From Raja brachyura (lineage: Eukaryota): 64,000 nucleotides of DNA. Location: positions 29,698,001 to 29,762,000 of the forward strand of contig OY740799.1 in assembly GCA_963514005.1 (NCBI GenBank), given 5' to 3'. Shown here piece after piece: positions 1 to 13,450 of the stretch. Position 1 is the first letter of the stretch. The number at the start of each line of letters is the position of its first letter. Under the pieces are notes generated by a model. That model searched no databases. It was not told the origin of the DNA and was given only the letters and a program-made list of their open reading frames with translations. The position numbers and the translations under genes are program-made.

Positions 1-1200
1 GCCATCCACCATTACCCTCTGGCTTCTCCCATTCAGCCACTGTTGAATCCATCTTGCTATTCCTGCATTTATACCCAACAGTTGAACCTTCTTAACCAAC
101 CTTCCATGAGGAACCTTGTCAAAGGCCTTACTGAAGTCCATATAGACAACATCCACTGCTTTACCCTCGTCAATTTCCCTAGTAACCTCTTCAAAAAATT
201 CAAGAAGATTAGTCAAACATGACCTTCCAGGCATAAATCCATGTTGACTGTTCCTAATTAGACCCTCTTTATCCAGATATTTATATATATTATCTCTAAG
301 TATCTTTTCCATTAACTTGCCCACCACTGAAGTCAAACTAACCGGTCTATAATTGCTAGGTTTACTTTTAGAACCTTTTTTAAACAATGGAACAACATGC
401 GCAGTACGCCAATCCTCGGGGACTATTCCCGTTTCTAATGAGATTTGAAATATTTCTGTCATAGCCCCGGCTATTTCTACACTAACTTCCCTCAATGTCC
501 TAGGGAATATCCTGTCAGGACCTGGAGACTTATCCTCTTTTACATTTTTCAAAAGTGTAAGTACTTCTTTTACTTTGAAACTCATAGTATCCATAGCTAC
601 GCTACTAGTTTCCCTTACCTCACATAATTCAATATCCTTTTCCTTGGTGAATACCGAAGAAAAGAAATTGTTCAATATCTCCCCCATCTCTTTTGGCTCT
701 GCAGATAGCTGTCCACTCGGTCTCTCCAATGGACCAATTTTATCCCTTGTTATCCTTTTGCTATTAATATAGCTGTAGAATCCCTTTAAATTTATTTTCA
801 CCTTACTTGCCAAAGCAACCTCATATCTTCTTTTAGCTTTTCTAATTTCTTTCTTAAGATTCTTTTTACATTCCTTATACTCCTCAAGCACCTCATTTAC
901 TTCATGCTGCCTATAATTATTGCAGATCTCCCTCTTTTTTCCGAACAAGATGTCCAATTTCCCTTGAAAACCAGAGCTCTTTCCAATTTTTACTGGTTCC
1001 TTTCAACCGAACAGGAACATAAAGATTGTACTCTTAAAATTTCCCCTTTAAATGTCCTCCATTTCTCCTCTACATCTTTCCCATAAAACATAATGTCCCA
1101 GTTCACTCCTTTTAAATCATCTCGCATCTCGTTAAAGTTAGCCTTTCTCCAATCAAAAATCTCAACCCTAGGCCCAGTTCTGTCCTTCTCCATTATGACA
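1..1200 (-). mobile_element. CR1-clade LINE ORF2 fragment, relatively young, runs off the left edge
   Basis: Minus-strand translation gives DWRKANFNEMRDDLKGVNW... and SQHGFMPGRSCLTNLLEFFEEVTREIDEGKAVDVVYMDFSKAFDKVPHGRL (RT motifs). Confidence 0.93.
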
Positions 1201-2046
1201 ACCAATGTAGATGTTGAAATAATTAAAGGTTAGAAGAAAATTCATTGGGATAAAATCCAATAAAATGGCAGTGTAGCCTTTTCCTGCTTCCTGATTTAAA
1301 TCAGGATTCTCAGATATTGGAATTCTGCTGGTAGAGGGAAGAATCAATTCTTATGAATTAAAACTGAATTTCTAATCCATTACATTCAGTATTAATTTTA
1401 TATAGCACGAAACCTTGGACTTTTTAACCTAGGTTTTTCTCACCGTTTCTTTGATGATTCCTAGTTTATGTACACGTATGGATTGATCTCATAATATATC
1501 ATAATCAATTCTTTACCAAAAAAAAGAAAGAAAACACGGAGAAAATAGTGCAGTAAATGTATGGGGAATATTTCATTTTGAACAACTTGATTTTGTAACC
1601 ATTTCTCGACAAATCTTTTGTGAATTGTTTTATGTTAAATAACAGCCCAAACAATTGAAAATGCTTTGAGGATCACAGGTTTTCTTTCTCGCTCCTCCTC
1701 TGATGAGTTTCGTGTTGCTTATTTAGGCGTTTATTCACAAGTGGATCAGGCTGTGCTGTTGGACTGTACTGGTTTAGACCTATGATTTTCAGTATTGGGC
1801 AAAATTTACATACTTGTGAGGATTAGGTTTTTCTTAAATGAAGTTGAAAGAGAACCATCTGCATTATAATCAGACATTTGAAATGTGCAGAGATATAATT
1901 GTTTTGATTATAAAATCCCCATGTCAGTCGCAAAACAAAATCTTATCCGAAACAGCTTGATTTAAAATAAGAACAAATGTTTGTAATACGACAGTGCAAT
2001 TTATAATTATTACATGAATCATAGAATCATAAAGTTTTTCCTTAAC

Positions 2047-2150
2047 TAGCTCCTCCGGCAAATAGCCACCACCCTCTGGGTGAAAATGTTGCCCCTCAAA
2101 TTCCTATTAAACCCTTCCCCTCTCACCTTAAACCGGTGTTCTCTGTATTT
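2047..2150 (-). mobile_element. CR1 LINE 3' ORF2 fragment
   Basis: HRFKVRGEGFNRNLRGNIFTQRVV, a typical CR1 ORF2 C-terminus. Confidence 0.75.
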
Positions 2151-2508
2151 GAATTTGTTTGGCAAAAACACACTGTGTCTGGAATAATAAGGGCACCATG
2201 GAAAGCACATTAATGTTGGCTGGGACTGAGACCAGGCATCTGTCCAAGGGAGACAGAATTGGACCAAATGGGGAACCCATGTGCTTCCAGGAAAACGACA
2301 AAAGATATAATTCAAATGCTTCTCCATCTCAGCCTGGAAATTTGTTATGAATAGCAAAGGCTCTCAAAACTGCACACAAAGACTTTTGTATGGTATTGTT
2401 TGGAATCTCTCAGTTTTTATTTCTTACCAAATATACAAAAAAAATTGAATGCAGTATGCAATACTTGGATAGCTTTGTATTGACAATTTTATTTTTTATG
2501 TATTTCAG

Positions 2509-2677
2509 CCTAAACAAAGAACTTCACTAATTTCCTCACAAGAGGTGTACAGACCAAGTCATGTTTATGATCAGTCAGAAGTCAGTTCATCTGCAGGCTA
2601 TGCCAGCGTTAACACCACACCTCCCATTAGCCCTGCCAACTACTCTATTGGATCGATGGAGGGCAGTGATATAATAG
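2509..2677 (+). CDS. ANKS1B: ANKS1B internal coding exon (PKQRTSLISSQEVYRPSH...TPPISPANYSIGSMEGSDII), phase 0 to 1
   Basis: Acceptor ttttttatgtatttcag ends at 2508 and donor G/gtaagc starts at 2678. The 169 nt are open. PKQRTS and the PPxSP motif match human ANKS1B PKQRTSIVSS...SPPASPP as recalled. The phase fits the next exon. Confidence 0.88.
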
Positions 2678-3136
2678 GTAAGCTAACAGTTGTGAATATG
2701 GAAAAGATTATAGATTTTTAGTTTCCTGCTTTGTGTATGTTTTATATGTACTTGTCATTGTTTATATACATTGAGTATATCTAAAATAGTTTATAGCCCA
2801 ACACAACTGCATTATTGCAAAAAAAATCAAAAATATATGGTGTATTCTTTTGAAAGGTATCAAAGCAGCTAACAAATCATACCTTTAAAAGAATAATTCT
2901 GATGGAACAGCCAGTTTGAAATACATTGTATGGGCTAAAAGGGATAATCTGTTTTGCCGAATCAAACAGTTCCTGTTAAATGCATTCTTAATAGACCTCA
3001 CAAAGCACTTTAGGGTACATCCATAGATACCAATAAGTATAAGTTTTGAAATACAAATCTGGGGCAGAAGTCGGTCATTAAGCCCTTTGACCCTGCTCCA
3101 CCATTGACTATGATCCTGACCAATCGAACTGTGAAG

Positions 3137-3672
3137 AAACAAGGAACTGCAGATGGTGGTTTACAAAAGAAGACAAAGTGCTGGAGTAACTCAGCGGGTC
3201 AGGCAACATTCCTGGAGAACATGGATAGGCAATGTTTTGGATCTGGACCCTTCTTCAGACTGATTGTATAGGGGTGGGGGGGGAGGGGGGGAGAGAAGAA
3301 AGCTAGAAGAGAGGAGGGGCAGGACAAAGTGTAGCAGGTAACAGGTAAACATAGGCGAGGGGGGTTTTGATAGGCAGATGATTGGACAAAGGCCAGATTT
3401 AAAAAAAGGCGTGAGACAAAGCATTGAAGATTTGCTAACTGGCGAAGGAATGAAGGGGAAGGGAGGCACCTATCACCTGCCATGTTCTCTCCTTCCCCTC
3501 CTCTCTTCTAGTTTTCTTTGCCCCCCTCCCCCCCCCCACCACTATAATCAGTCTGAAGAAGGGTCCTGACCGGAAATGTCATCTCCCCATGTTTTCCAGA
3601 GATTCTGCCTGACCTGCTGAATTACTCCAGCACTTTGTGTCTTCTAACTATAATATCTACTTTGCATTCCTG
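3137..3672. mobile_element. Inverted pair of Penelope-like terminal repeats, each with a hammerhead-like motif
   Basis: About 3140-3345 is the approximate reverse complement of about 3467-3672. Both contain cagtCTGAAGAagggtc..ga.c..AAA and tgcctgacc.gctga.ttactccagcac. Confidence 0.8.
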
Positions 3673-4092
3673 CTTCTCCGTGATAACCTATCATCCTTTG
3701 CTTATTATGAATCTATCTACCTCACTCGTAAAAAAAATTCAAACTCTGCTTCCGCCACCTGTGACAAAGAGCATTCCAAAGATTTCCAACCTTCTCGGAG
3801 GAAAATAAACTCCTCTACCTCTATCGTAAATGAAGAGCACCTAATTATATAATGCTTTTAGTTCTAGATTCTCAGACAAGAAGTTACTCTGATCTATATC
3901 AATTGGGATATTTCTTCAATAGTCACACTGTATCTTAAATGTTTGAGTCTAATTGGTCTAAAGTCTTGAATGTATTCAAACCCTAACCTTATCATTCATC
4001 TCGTATCATGTATCACAACTGAACAAAGTCTGTGACGTGCAAAATATGTAGCATACAGTGTAAGATGTCGCTCATACTGACTGTCACCAGTC

Positions 4093-4390
4093 ACCAGACT
4101 GATTCCTGGGATGGCAGGACTTCCATACGAAGAAAGACTGGATAGACTCGGCTTGCACTCGCTGGAATTTAGGAGATTGAGGGGGGATCTTATAGAGACT
4201 TACAAAATTCTTACGAGGTTGGACAGGCAAGATGCAGGAAGATTGTTCCCGATGTTGGGGAACTCCAGAACAAGGGGTCACAGTTTAAGGATAAGGGGAA
4301 GTCTTTTAGGACCGAGATGAGAAGATAGTTTTTCACCCAGAGAGTGGTGAGTCTGTGGAATTCTCTGCCACAGAAGGTAGTTGAGACCAC
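4093..4390 (+). mobile_element. CR1 LINE 3' fragment
   Basis: MAGLPYEERLDRLGLHSLEFRRLRGDLIETYKIL...TRGHSLRIRG. Confidence 0.9.
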
Positions 4391-6284
4391 ATTCGAAAAC
4401 AGAGATGATCATGGAGCCTTGACTAATACCATGACGATTCCTTTCAATAGCTTGCAATAAGCCTGTGGCCACCGCATCATTTTTGACAGCTGGGGCATTT
4501 CATGGCAAAGGCAGAGCAGCTGGAATTATTGAAGAGTCAACAATAACATTTGGAGAAACTTACCAAATGTGCCTGAGACTAAATGTACAAAAACTACTTT
4601 TCTGATCTAACTAGAAATTGATCTGTGGCTGCATATCCCTTTCTAGGAGGATGACTTTCCAACTGTTCCATCTGGCAAAAGTACAGAAATGGTCCTTACA
4701 GAATCAAAGTCAATATTCTTTCTATCAGTATTGTGCCTTCAGTTCTGTAGTGGTTTCAGAAATAGGCTTCTCATCTCATTTTTCACATTCAAGATAATAA
4801 CTATTTCGTAAAAGAGACCCATTTATATTCACTCGCAAATCATTGGCAAATCTCTATCCTGGCACCAGCCACATGAATCCCACATGCAGCAGGTCAGAGG
4901 CTGTAGTTTTGCAATAAGTGTCTCTACTCCTGATTCTCAAAGCCTTACCCTATCTATGAAGCACAAATCAGGAGTCTGAGGGAATCCTATCCTCTGGATA
5001 AATATAATTGCATCAATTTAGGAAGCTCAGCAATACACCATTGCGGTTGATAAGTGCTCCATTCAACAACTTAAACATTCACTAACATTGAATCATGTCT
5101 TCATGCCTTCTAAAATATGCCTTGTAGCAAGTTGGCAAACCTTATTGAGGACAAGTCTCACAAACTGTGTTTACCTTTGAGAGCTACTTTATCCTCAGCA
5201 CCCTGAGGGTGGCGGTAAAATATTAGTCAGAGTTCCGGCATCAGATTCTTAACCGATGACCCCTGAAAAGCACACCCAAGTGTACAGAGCCGTGTATTTG
5301 ACTTTGTAAGGGGTGCAAATTGTGTGTTGCGTGTAAGATCGACACATGGACATAACTGTCTTTTTGTGCTCTCACTCCTTCAACAATGATTTATGTGGTC
5401 AGCTGCTGGCTGGTGTTATTGTAGGGTTTGCAGAAGAAAATTTTGGAAGAAGGTTATTTGAAACCAAACACAACATAGTGATGCCAGTTAGTCCCGTCAG
5501 CTGTTTCATGAATAATATATCTTTGTTGATAGTTTAAATTACTATTTACAGTGCCCCAGAGAGTGAATATGAGAGATATGGTGAGGCAAGGTGTTAGGAG
5601 TGCTGGTTCATGAAATTCAGTTTTAAATGCCATATTTGAATGGGAATATCAGACAGCAGGAGCTGAGGGGCAGCAAAATGTGGGATTTGATTAAGGGAGT
5701 ATATGATGAAAGAAATGAGATTTCCAGGCAAGTACTGTATGTGACCAGAGAATGGAGAGAGTGGAAACAAAAGCTTACACTGTAAATTGCGCTATGACAG
5801 ATAATACAGAGCAGAAATAAGTGCACAGTGTCACGCAGAGGGCAGTCCTCAATCCACCTGCTAGTAAAGGGTGGTTGCACTGCATGCCCCACCTTTCTCC
5901 GCACCTGTCATCACAGTCAGCCTTTGCTCACTGGCCCATGGGAAGATTCATTGCTGGATTTGTGCTTGTTTCTTGGCATCCAGGATCCCAGTGCAGCAAT
6001 GGTGAGGACGGGAGTTCCCACGGGGCTCCATGTGCAGTAGCGCTGACAGTAATGTATTTTTTTGCACATGATGCAGCAATGGCCCCATTCAGTTATGGCT
6101 TGTGTTCTCTCTATCCCGGTGCATATCCTGTGCACTGAGTGTGGAAAGGGGTAAAGGTAGAAACAAGGAACTGCACATGCTGGTTTAGAAAAGAACACAC
6201 AGAGCACTGGAATAGCTCAACGGGTCAGGCAGCACCATGATCCTAGTGCAACAGTGAGGACGGCAGGGATACAGCTGTTATTTA

Positions 6285-6625
6285 ATTTAGTTTAGTTTAG
6301 TTTAGTTTTGTTTAGTTTAGTTTAGTTTAGAGATGCAGCGCAAAAACAGGCACTTCGGTCCACCGAGTCCGCACTGACCAGCGATCCCCGTACACTAACA
6401 CTATCCTATACTATAGGAACAATTTACAATTTTACCAAAGCCAATTAACCTACAAACCTGTACCTCTTTGGTGTGTGGGAGGAAACCGGAGCTTCTGGGG
6501 AAAATCCACGCAGGTCATGGGGAGAATGTACAAACTCTGTACAGACAGTACCCATGGTCAGGATCGAACCCCGGTCTCTGGGGCTGTAAGACAGCCACTC
6601 TCCCACTGCACCACCATGCCGCCCC
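6285..6625 (-). mobile_element. tRNA-derived V-SINE (HE1-like), near full length
   Basis: Minus strand has an A-box-like TGGTGCAGTGG, a B box GGTTCGATCC (6561-6570), a V-domain-like core, a CR1-like tail and a (CTAAA)n end at 6287-6330. Confidence 0.85.
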
Positions 6626-9199
6626 TAATTGTAGCTCAACGATCAGAAGAGGAACAAATTAAATCAGTCCATGAGGCGCTTATTCACAAGTTAAAATGTT
6701 TACATTTTAAAAATGGTTACTTTATGCTAATTATTTTATTCTTCCCAATAAATCGAGAAATTGGTACTTTCAATCTTGCAATGGCATACATTTTAGCCTC
6801 ATGTTAAATCCATTGGTGGTTATTAGAATCACCACATTCAACTCAAAGTGCCATTTTCTATTTGGCAGCATGTCAGATAGAGCAAACTACATTTGTGCAA
6901 ATGGCTTGTTTACTGTCATCGTTAGAAATAGCATTGGAATTATTTCAAGGCTATAAATTAAAACAAGATTGCAAAATAATTGTTTTTGATAGATCTATTT
7001 TTTTAAAAGCTATGAGCAGTTTAGAAATCACCAGATTGCAATTGAGGAATATGTCAGTCTGGCAGTATTGCTCTATTGAATCTGCATTACTAATAGCATC
7101 ATGGCAGGAAGGTACTTTGCTAATATGGTAATAATGCAAATCAAAAATAATTTTAATGAAACTAGAAGAAATTACTTATGAAACTAGAGAAAAGATGTGT
7201 CTCTGGAGCATGCTTAATTTAGAAGGACCAGAGAAATTAATTTTAATTTTAAAAAATTTGGGCTACCCTGCCCAAAACTATTGAGTGTCCAAATGGCATT
7301 TACATTTGAGGTAAGCACAGAATGCAGCATTTATTCCTGCCACTGTGGCCCATCTTGTTCCATTGAAAGGCTCAGTGTGATGTTAGTAGGCGTTGAATGA
7401 TACTGGAACAGTTCCATTATGAGCTCTCTGCTGTTACAGTGAAGCTGCAGGAATAATATAATATGACAGTGTGAGTCAGATTGCTTCTGCAGCTGACGCA
7501 CTTGGGAGATGTTTTGCAGCTCTGGAGAGAGCTTGGCGCTACCATACCTCTGGGCTTACTTTCCATGGAGAGTACTGATTACTCGGAGTACCAGACCCGC
7601 TTCAGCTGCTGGTTTATTTTAAACCCTTGCTTGGATAAGCTAATGAACTGATGTTGCAATCTTCAGTGGGTGTGTCAAGATGGCAATCTGTCAGCAGTGA
7701 ACACAAAGTAGAGTTCAATTTTTCCACAGGATTGGATTTTTTTGTGTTCTGTGTTATTAATTTTATGACACCGGCTGTACTGTTTCCAAGGGAACAGGCA
7801 CTGTGCAAGCAACCCGCGTATTACTTTGTATTTTTCTGTAAAGAAAGTGGAAAAGGAGGCTTCAAACAATCTGTGCGAAAGCATTGTGATTTTTTAAGTG
7901 CAGCGAACATTATTCCAGAATTAATTCACCTTTTTGCAATGTGGTTTTAGGACCAGGCGCTGTTTGCTTATTTACCATATGTCATACAGTATATTATAGA
8001 AAATAATGCACACTGCTGACTGCAGTTGTCCAAAACCATTTTGCTTAAATTGTTAATTGCACATGGATTATGTAACTCCAACAGGAAGAGCCATCTTAGG
8101 TTGTCCCTCATGAAAAATTAGCTCCAGCAATTCTGGCATTCAACAAGTCTGATCCAAGTATATTTCTGTTACAATATCCTAGCAAAACAAATGATGTAAT
8201 CATTTAATATTAGTATATGTTACACAAGATGATTTTTCTCAATTTAGGTTTTCGCAACCAGATTTGTTTTTGCATAACCCTTTTAGTTTCTGGGACATTA
8301 CTTTTAGTTGTCCGCCTAGATTCAGTAACATATTTTTGTATATGAGCCGGTAAACTGTAGTGTGGGAAATATGGAACCAGTTGGCACCTAATCAACCTTT
8401 GCATAGGGAAGGAAAATAAATGAACAGATAATTTGAGAACATGAAAATAATCAAACCCTACCTTAGAAATCTGAACACAACATCTAAAGCTGTTACCTAT
8501 GCAGTGTGGAAGACTTGCGTGGTCAGAGATGCCATCTTTCAGATGAGTTAATAGCCCTGAGCTTCCAATGTATAGCCGGCATTTTCAGTGATAGGGCAAG
8601 GTGGTTTGTCATTAAGTTCCATAGATTTTACATCCTTTCAATCGGGATATCAACCTGCTGAACCTCCCTATGTTAACCTGGTGCAAGTCCAGTTAGCTTA
8701 TTGAATTTAATGAAGGAAATCAAATAGAAAACAAGATAAGTATAAAATAATTTTCTTCTATCCTGAATTGGTTAATTTACATATATTTAATGCTTTCACG
8801 TGTTATTAAGGCTTTTTATTCTTAAGTTGCTTCAGCAATTTAAACTAGATTGATTTAAACTCAATTGGCAGGGGGCAAGATCCAATGCAGTCATGAAGTA
8901 GGTAGAAGGCTGGAGGTCAGTACAGATGTCAGAGCGTTCAGTAGACAAGGAAGGCAGCCGCATGGCAGGGAGTGAGGAAAGAAGATGGGATTAAATGGCA
9001 TTTATTTCAATGTTTGAGTCATGACAGGTAAGGCGGATGAACTCAGGGCGTTGGAAGGCACGTGCGACTGGGACGTTATAGCCATTACACAAAGCTGGCC
9101 TAGGGAGGGTCAGGACTGGCAGCTTAATGTTCCAACGTACAGGGTCTACAGGTGGAGGTAAAGATTGAACATGGGTTGCTTTATTGATTATGGGGAACA

Positions 9200-10455
9200 T
9201 CCCATTAGTAGAACTAGATTACATTTCTGAAGGATTGTCCAGTGAGGCTATATAAATGGAGCTGAGAAATAAAAGGGGGATCATCTTCTTGCTGGGATTG
9301 CACTATAAGTCTCCAAATAGTCAACCAGAATTAGAGGAAGACTGCTAGGGTTGCCATAGAAGGAGCTTTGAACTTTCCCAACATAGATTAAGACTGCTAT
9401 AGTATCAGGTTGTTATATGGGGTGACATTTTTCAAATTGTTCATGAAAATCTCCTCAGGAAATGTACAGAGAGCCCTACAAGGGAGAGGGCAATGCTCGA
9501 CCTATTCTTAGGGAATTGGGAACGCAAGTGTGTAGGAAAGAACTGCAGATGCTGGTTTATATCGAAGGTAGACACAAAATGCTGGAGGAACTCAGCGGGT
9601 ATGTAAATGGGTCTCGACCCGAAAAGTCACCCATTCCTTCTCCAGAGATGTTGCCTGACCCGCTGAGTTACTCCAGCATTTTGTGTCTACCTCATAATTT
9701 ATGAAATGTCAGGTGTTGCATTTTAGGAAGTCAGTCCAGGACAGGGAATAGTTTAGAGCAGTGGGATCTAGATGTGCTATTACATGATTCCCTGAAAGTG
9801 GTGTCACATGTAGATAGGGTGGTGGAGAAAGCTTTTGGCATGCTGGCCCTCATCGTTCAGGGAATGAGTATAGAAGTTGGGATGTTATATTACAGTTGAA
9901 CACGATGTTGGTGAGACAGCAGTTGGAGTATTGTGTTCAGTTTTGACTGCCCTCTGAGCATGTCAGAATAGGTGTCATTAGGCTTGAGAGAGTGCAGAGA
10001 AGATTTACAAGATGTTGCCAAGACGAGGGCCTGAGCTATAGGGAGTGGTTGAGCAGGCAAGGACTTTATTTCTTGGAGCACAGGGGATTAATGGGTGATC
10101 TTATGGAGGTGTATAAAACCATGAGGGGAATAGATAGGGTGAATGTACAAAGTCATTTTCTCAGGATAAGGGAATCAAGAACTAGAGGGTATAGATCTTA
10201 CCCAAGGTAGAGGAAGGGGAGGGGAAGGATAAATTAGGAACCTGAGGGGCAACTTTTTCTACACGGTGCGTAGTGGGTGTGTAGAACGAGCTGTCAGAGG
10301 AAGTAATTGAGGTTGGTACGATAATGGCATGTAAAAGATATTTGGATGGGTAGATGGTTAGGAAAGGTTTATATGGGCCATATGCCAGCAAATGCAACTA
10401 ATTTAGATGGGGCATCCTGGTTGGCATGGACAAATGTCTCCATGCCATATGACTC
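9200..10455 (+). mobile_element. Degenerate CR1 LINE pieces interrupted by a Penelope-repeat palindrome at 9528-9692
   Basis: LSYREWLSRQGLYFLEHRGLMGDLMEVYKTMRGIDRV...RTRG and a CR1-type 3' UTR. Confidence 0.8.
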
Positions 10456-12149
10456 TAATTATACATATTTTCAGTGTTAAATGTAATTGAGCTGTTTGAA
10501 CATTTATGAATTGAAGAGACAATTTCTTAGTATTGTATCTTCTTGACCATTTTGACAGTGACTCTAGAGCAAGACTTTGTCAGTTTCCTGGGTCAGTCTG
10601 AAGAAGATCCTGTCAGTTTTGATCAAACCGGCCCCCTGCTGGACTGAGCCTCCCTGATCAATGGGACTGACTGAATGGGAGGCCCAGTTCCAGACAAGAC
10701 TTGACTTTGAGGCAGGCGACTGGAGAGCTCCGGTTGCTTGTAATTCGCAGAAAGATTTTACCCAATAAAGCATGTCCACCCTTTTGGGTGGATGCTACTA
10801 AGTCAGTGACACTGTATGAAGTAGACCCTTGTCCCCCCCCTTGCTCCAAATTTTATCTCTATTTCAGCTGCATTTATATAACCCGTGGACTATAATACAA
10901 TAGGGTAGTTGCTGAAAATGCAAAAATACTGGGAGATGAAGCAGGTCAAGTAGCATTTGGAGAGAAAGAAATCAACAGTCAACATTTCAGATCACTGACC
11001 TTTACTGGGATTATGAGGACATTTACTTCACTGCTGTTTGTGGATGAGGTACTGGATGCCAATTGGCAGCATTTGACTACATTGTTTTGGTGCACACTGC
11101 AGTTATTAATGATGGTCTATAACTGCAAGCACTTCTTTACTTTCCTCAAGATCTAATAAAAAATATCGCCTTTGCATTTGAAGCTGAAAATTGTGACAAC
11201 CAATGGTGCTGGGAAATGTCCCTTTGAATTTTTTATAGGACATTTATATGATGATATTTGGAGGGCTCCGTTACTATTTTAATTTTAATTCTCTGGAGTA
11301 TTTATATGACGCTTCATAACATAAATAGAACCTTCTAGTACTAGGTGGAATCGCTCTTGTGAAATTGTATTATCGATAGACTTGTCCAAGTTAAAGAGCG
11401 AGTGCTATAATTGTTTCCTGCTGCTCTTGTCGACTGGATTTAATCCCTTTCTGCCAGTGTAGGAGTAGAGCTCGGTGTGCTATAATGAAGGTGGGTTATG
11501 ACTTAGACGTTGTTGACTATGTTGTTGACAAAAGTTCTATTTTTAATGTGAGAAGCTAATTATTTGCTTGCTATGAGTATGAGATATATTGTGCTTCACA
11601 AGGATAAATGCAGTTTTACAGTAACTTTGATATTTACAGACCTAAAATTTGACACATTGGAAAATGATGTTTTTGTGTGCTCATATAAAAAGCCATTGTC
11701 GAGTTTTCATTACATTTCAATAATATATAATTCTATCAAAATCTGTAAAAAGTCAGAAACATATTAAAAGTAGCTCAGTCTTCTGTAACTTTTACTTACA
11801 GTAGAAGAGTATATAAGTATAATTAAAACGGGAATCCAGTGAAAATGCTCAAGAGGTATGTGGCAACTTAATGAATGTTATATTTTCTAATTACAACATT
11901 TTTAATATTTCAACAAAAAGATGGATTTGAAAATCAAATATCCCAGAACAGCATTCGAAGTATTGTCATGGATTAACAAAGAATTTGAAGAATTTATGAA
12001 AAGTCAACAGGATTTAATTTATGCTTCGCTGCCCATTGGTACAACAAATCTAAACACAAATCGAATAATTTGCAATCTAGGTTTTAACTTTTCAGTAGTG
12101 TCCGTCCGTCCCAAGAAAAGCATTAGGCTAGATAACGGCAAACTGAGAG

Positions 12150-12445
12150 TTTGTTTTAGCGTTCAATTTAGTTTTAGAGATGCAGCATGGAAATTAGGCC
12201 CTTCAGCCCACCGAATCTACACTGACCATCGATCAACTGTTCACACTAGTTCTATGTTATCCCACTTTCTCATCCAATCTCTACATACTAGGGGCAATTA
12301 GCTACAAACCCATACATCTTTGCGATGTGGGAGAAAACTGGAACACCTGGAGAAACCTCATGCAGTTACAGGGTTAAGGTGCAAAGTCCACAAGGACAGC
12401 ACCCAGAGCTAGGATCGAACCCAAGTCTCCAACACTGTGAGGCAC
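12150..12445 (-). mobile_element. HE1-like V-SINE
   Basis: Same layout as 6285-6625. B box (ggatcgaacc on +) at 12412-12421. Confidence 0.8.
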
Positions 12446-12569
12446 ATGTGGAATTCATGTTTCTCTTCCCAAGATACCACACCACGTGCTGAGTGCTTCC
12501 AGTATTTTCGATTTTGAATTCAGACTGCCAATGTCTGGAATGTTTTCTAAATTCTTTCTATTTACTCTG

Positions 12570-13450
12570 GCATAGAGCCATACAGCACAGGAACAGGCCC
12601 TTGGGACAACTTGTCCATGCCGACCAAGCTGGCATTCTGGGCTAGTCCCATTTTTGCACATGTTCCTCCAAACCGTTACCATCCATATATCTGCTCAAAT
12701 GTAATTTTGAAAAATGCTCTAATATCGTCTTCTATAACTTCCTCTGGCAGCTAATTCCAGATATGCACTATACTCTAAGTGAAAAAGTTTTTCCTGAGGT
12801 CCCTATTAAGTTTCTCCCATCTCACCTTAAGCATATGTCCTCTATTTTTATAATCCTCTAACATTAGCAAAAAACTGTGAACATTCACTTTATCCATGTC
12901 GCTCATGATCTTGTACATTCCAATAAGATCACCCCTCAGTTGTTATGCTTCTAAGAAAAAAAACCCCAACCTCCCCAAACTCTCCTTTAACTGAAGTCCA
13001 CAATTCTAAGTAACATCCAGATTAATCTTTTGTGCACCCTTTCCAAATTTATGGTCCCATTCCTGTACACAGTACTCCAAATGTGATCTCACCAATGAAT
13101 TGTACAACTACATCATAATGTCCCAACTTTTGTACTCAATATTCTTCCAAATGAAGGATAGCATGCCAAACACCTTCTTCCTCCCCCTATACACCAGACA
13201 CGACACTTTCAGAGAACCATGTGCAGGTACTCCCAGATCTCTGCATTCTAAGGCACTCTCCAGGGCTCTACCATTTACTGTACTAGTTTGGCCCTTGGTT
13301 GACGTGCCAAAGTGCAGCACCTCACGCTTGTCAGAGTTAAATTCCATTTAATATTTCTTGGCCTATCCGCCCAACCGATCTAGATCCTGTTGTAAACTTA
13401 GATCTTCCTCACTGTTCCTTATACCACCAACTTTGATGACATCTCTAAAT
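12570..13450 (-). mobile_element. CR1 LINE 3' portion
   Basis: MEFNSDKREVLHFG...VNGRALES...RDLGV..HGSLKV...IEYKSWDIM, plus a CR1 3' UTR. Confidence 0.88.

Noticed and set aside
6555-6625. tRNA gene
   Set aside because: The A and B boxes belong to a SINE head and no full cloverleaf is evident.
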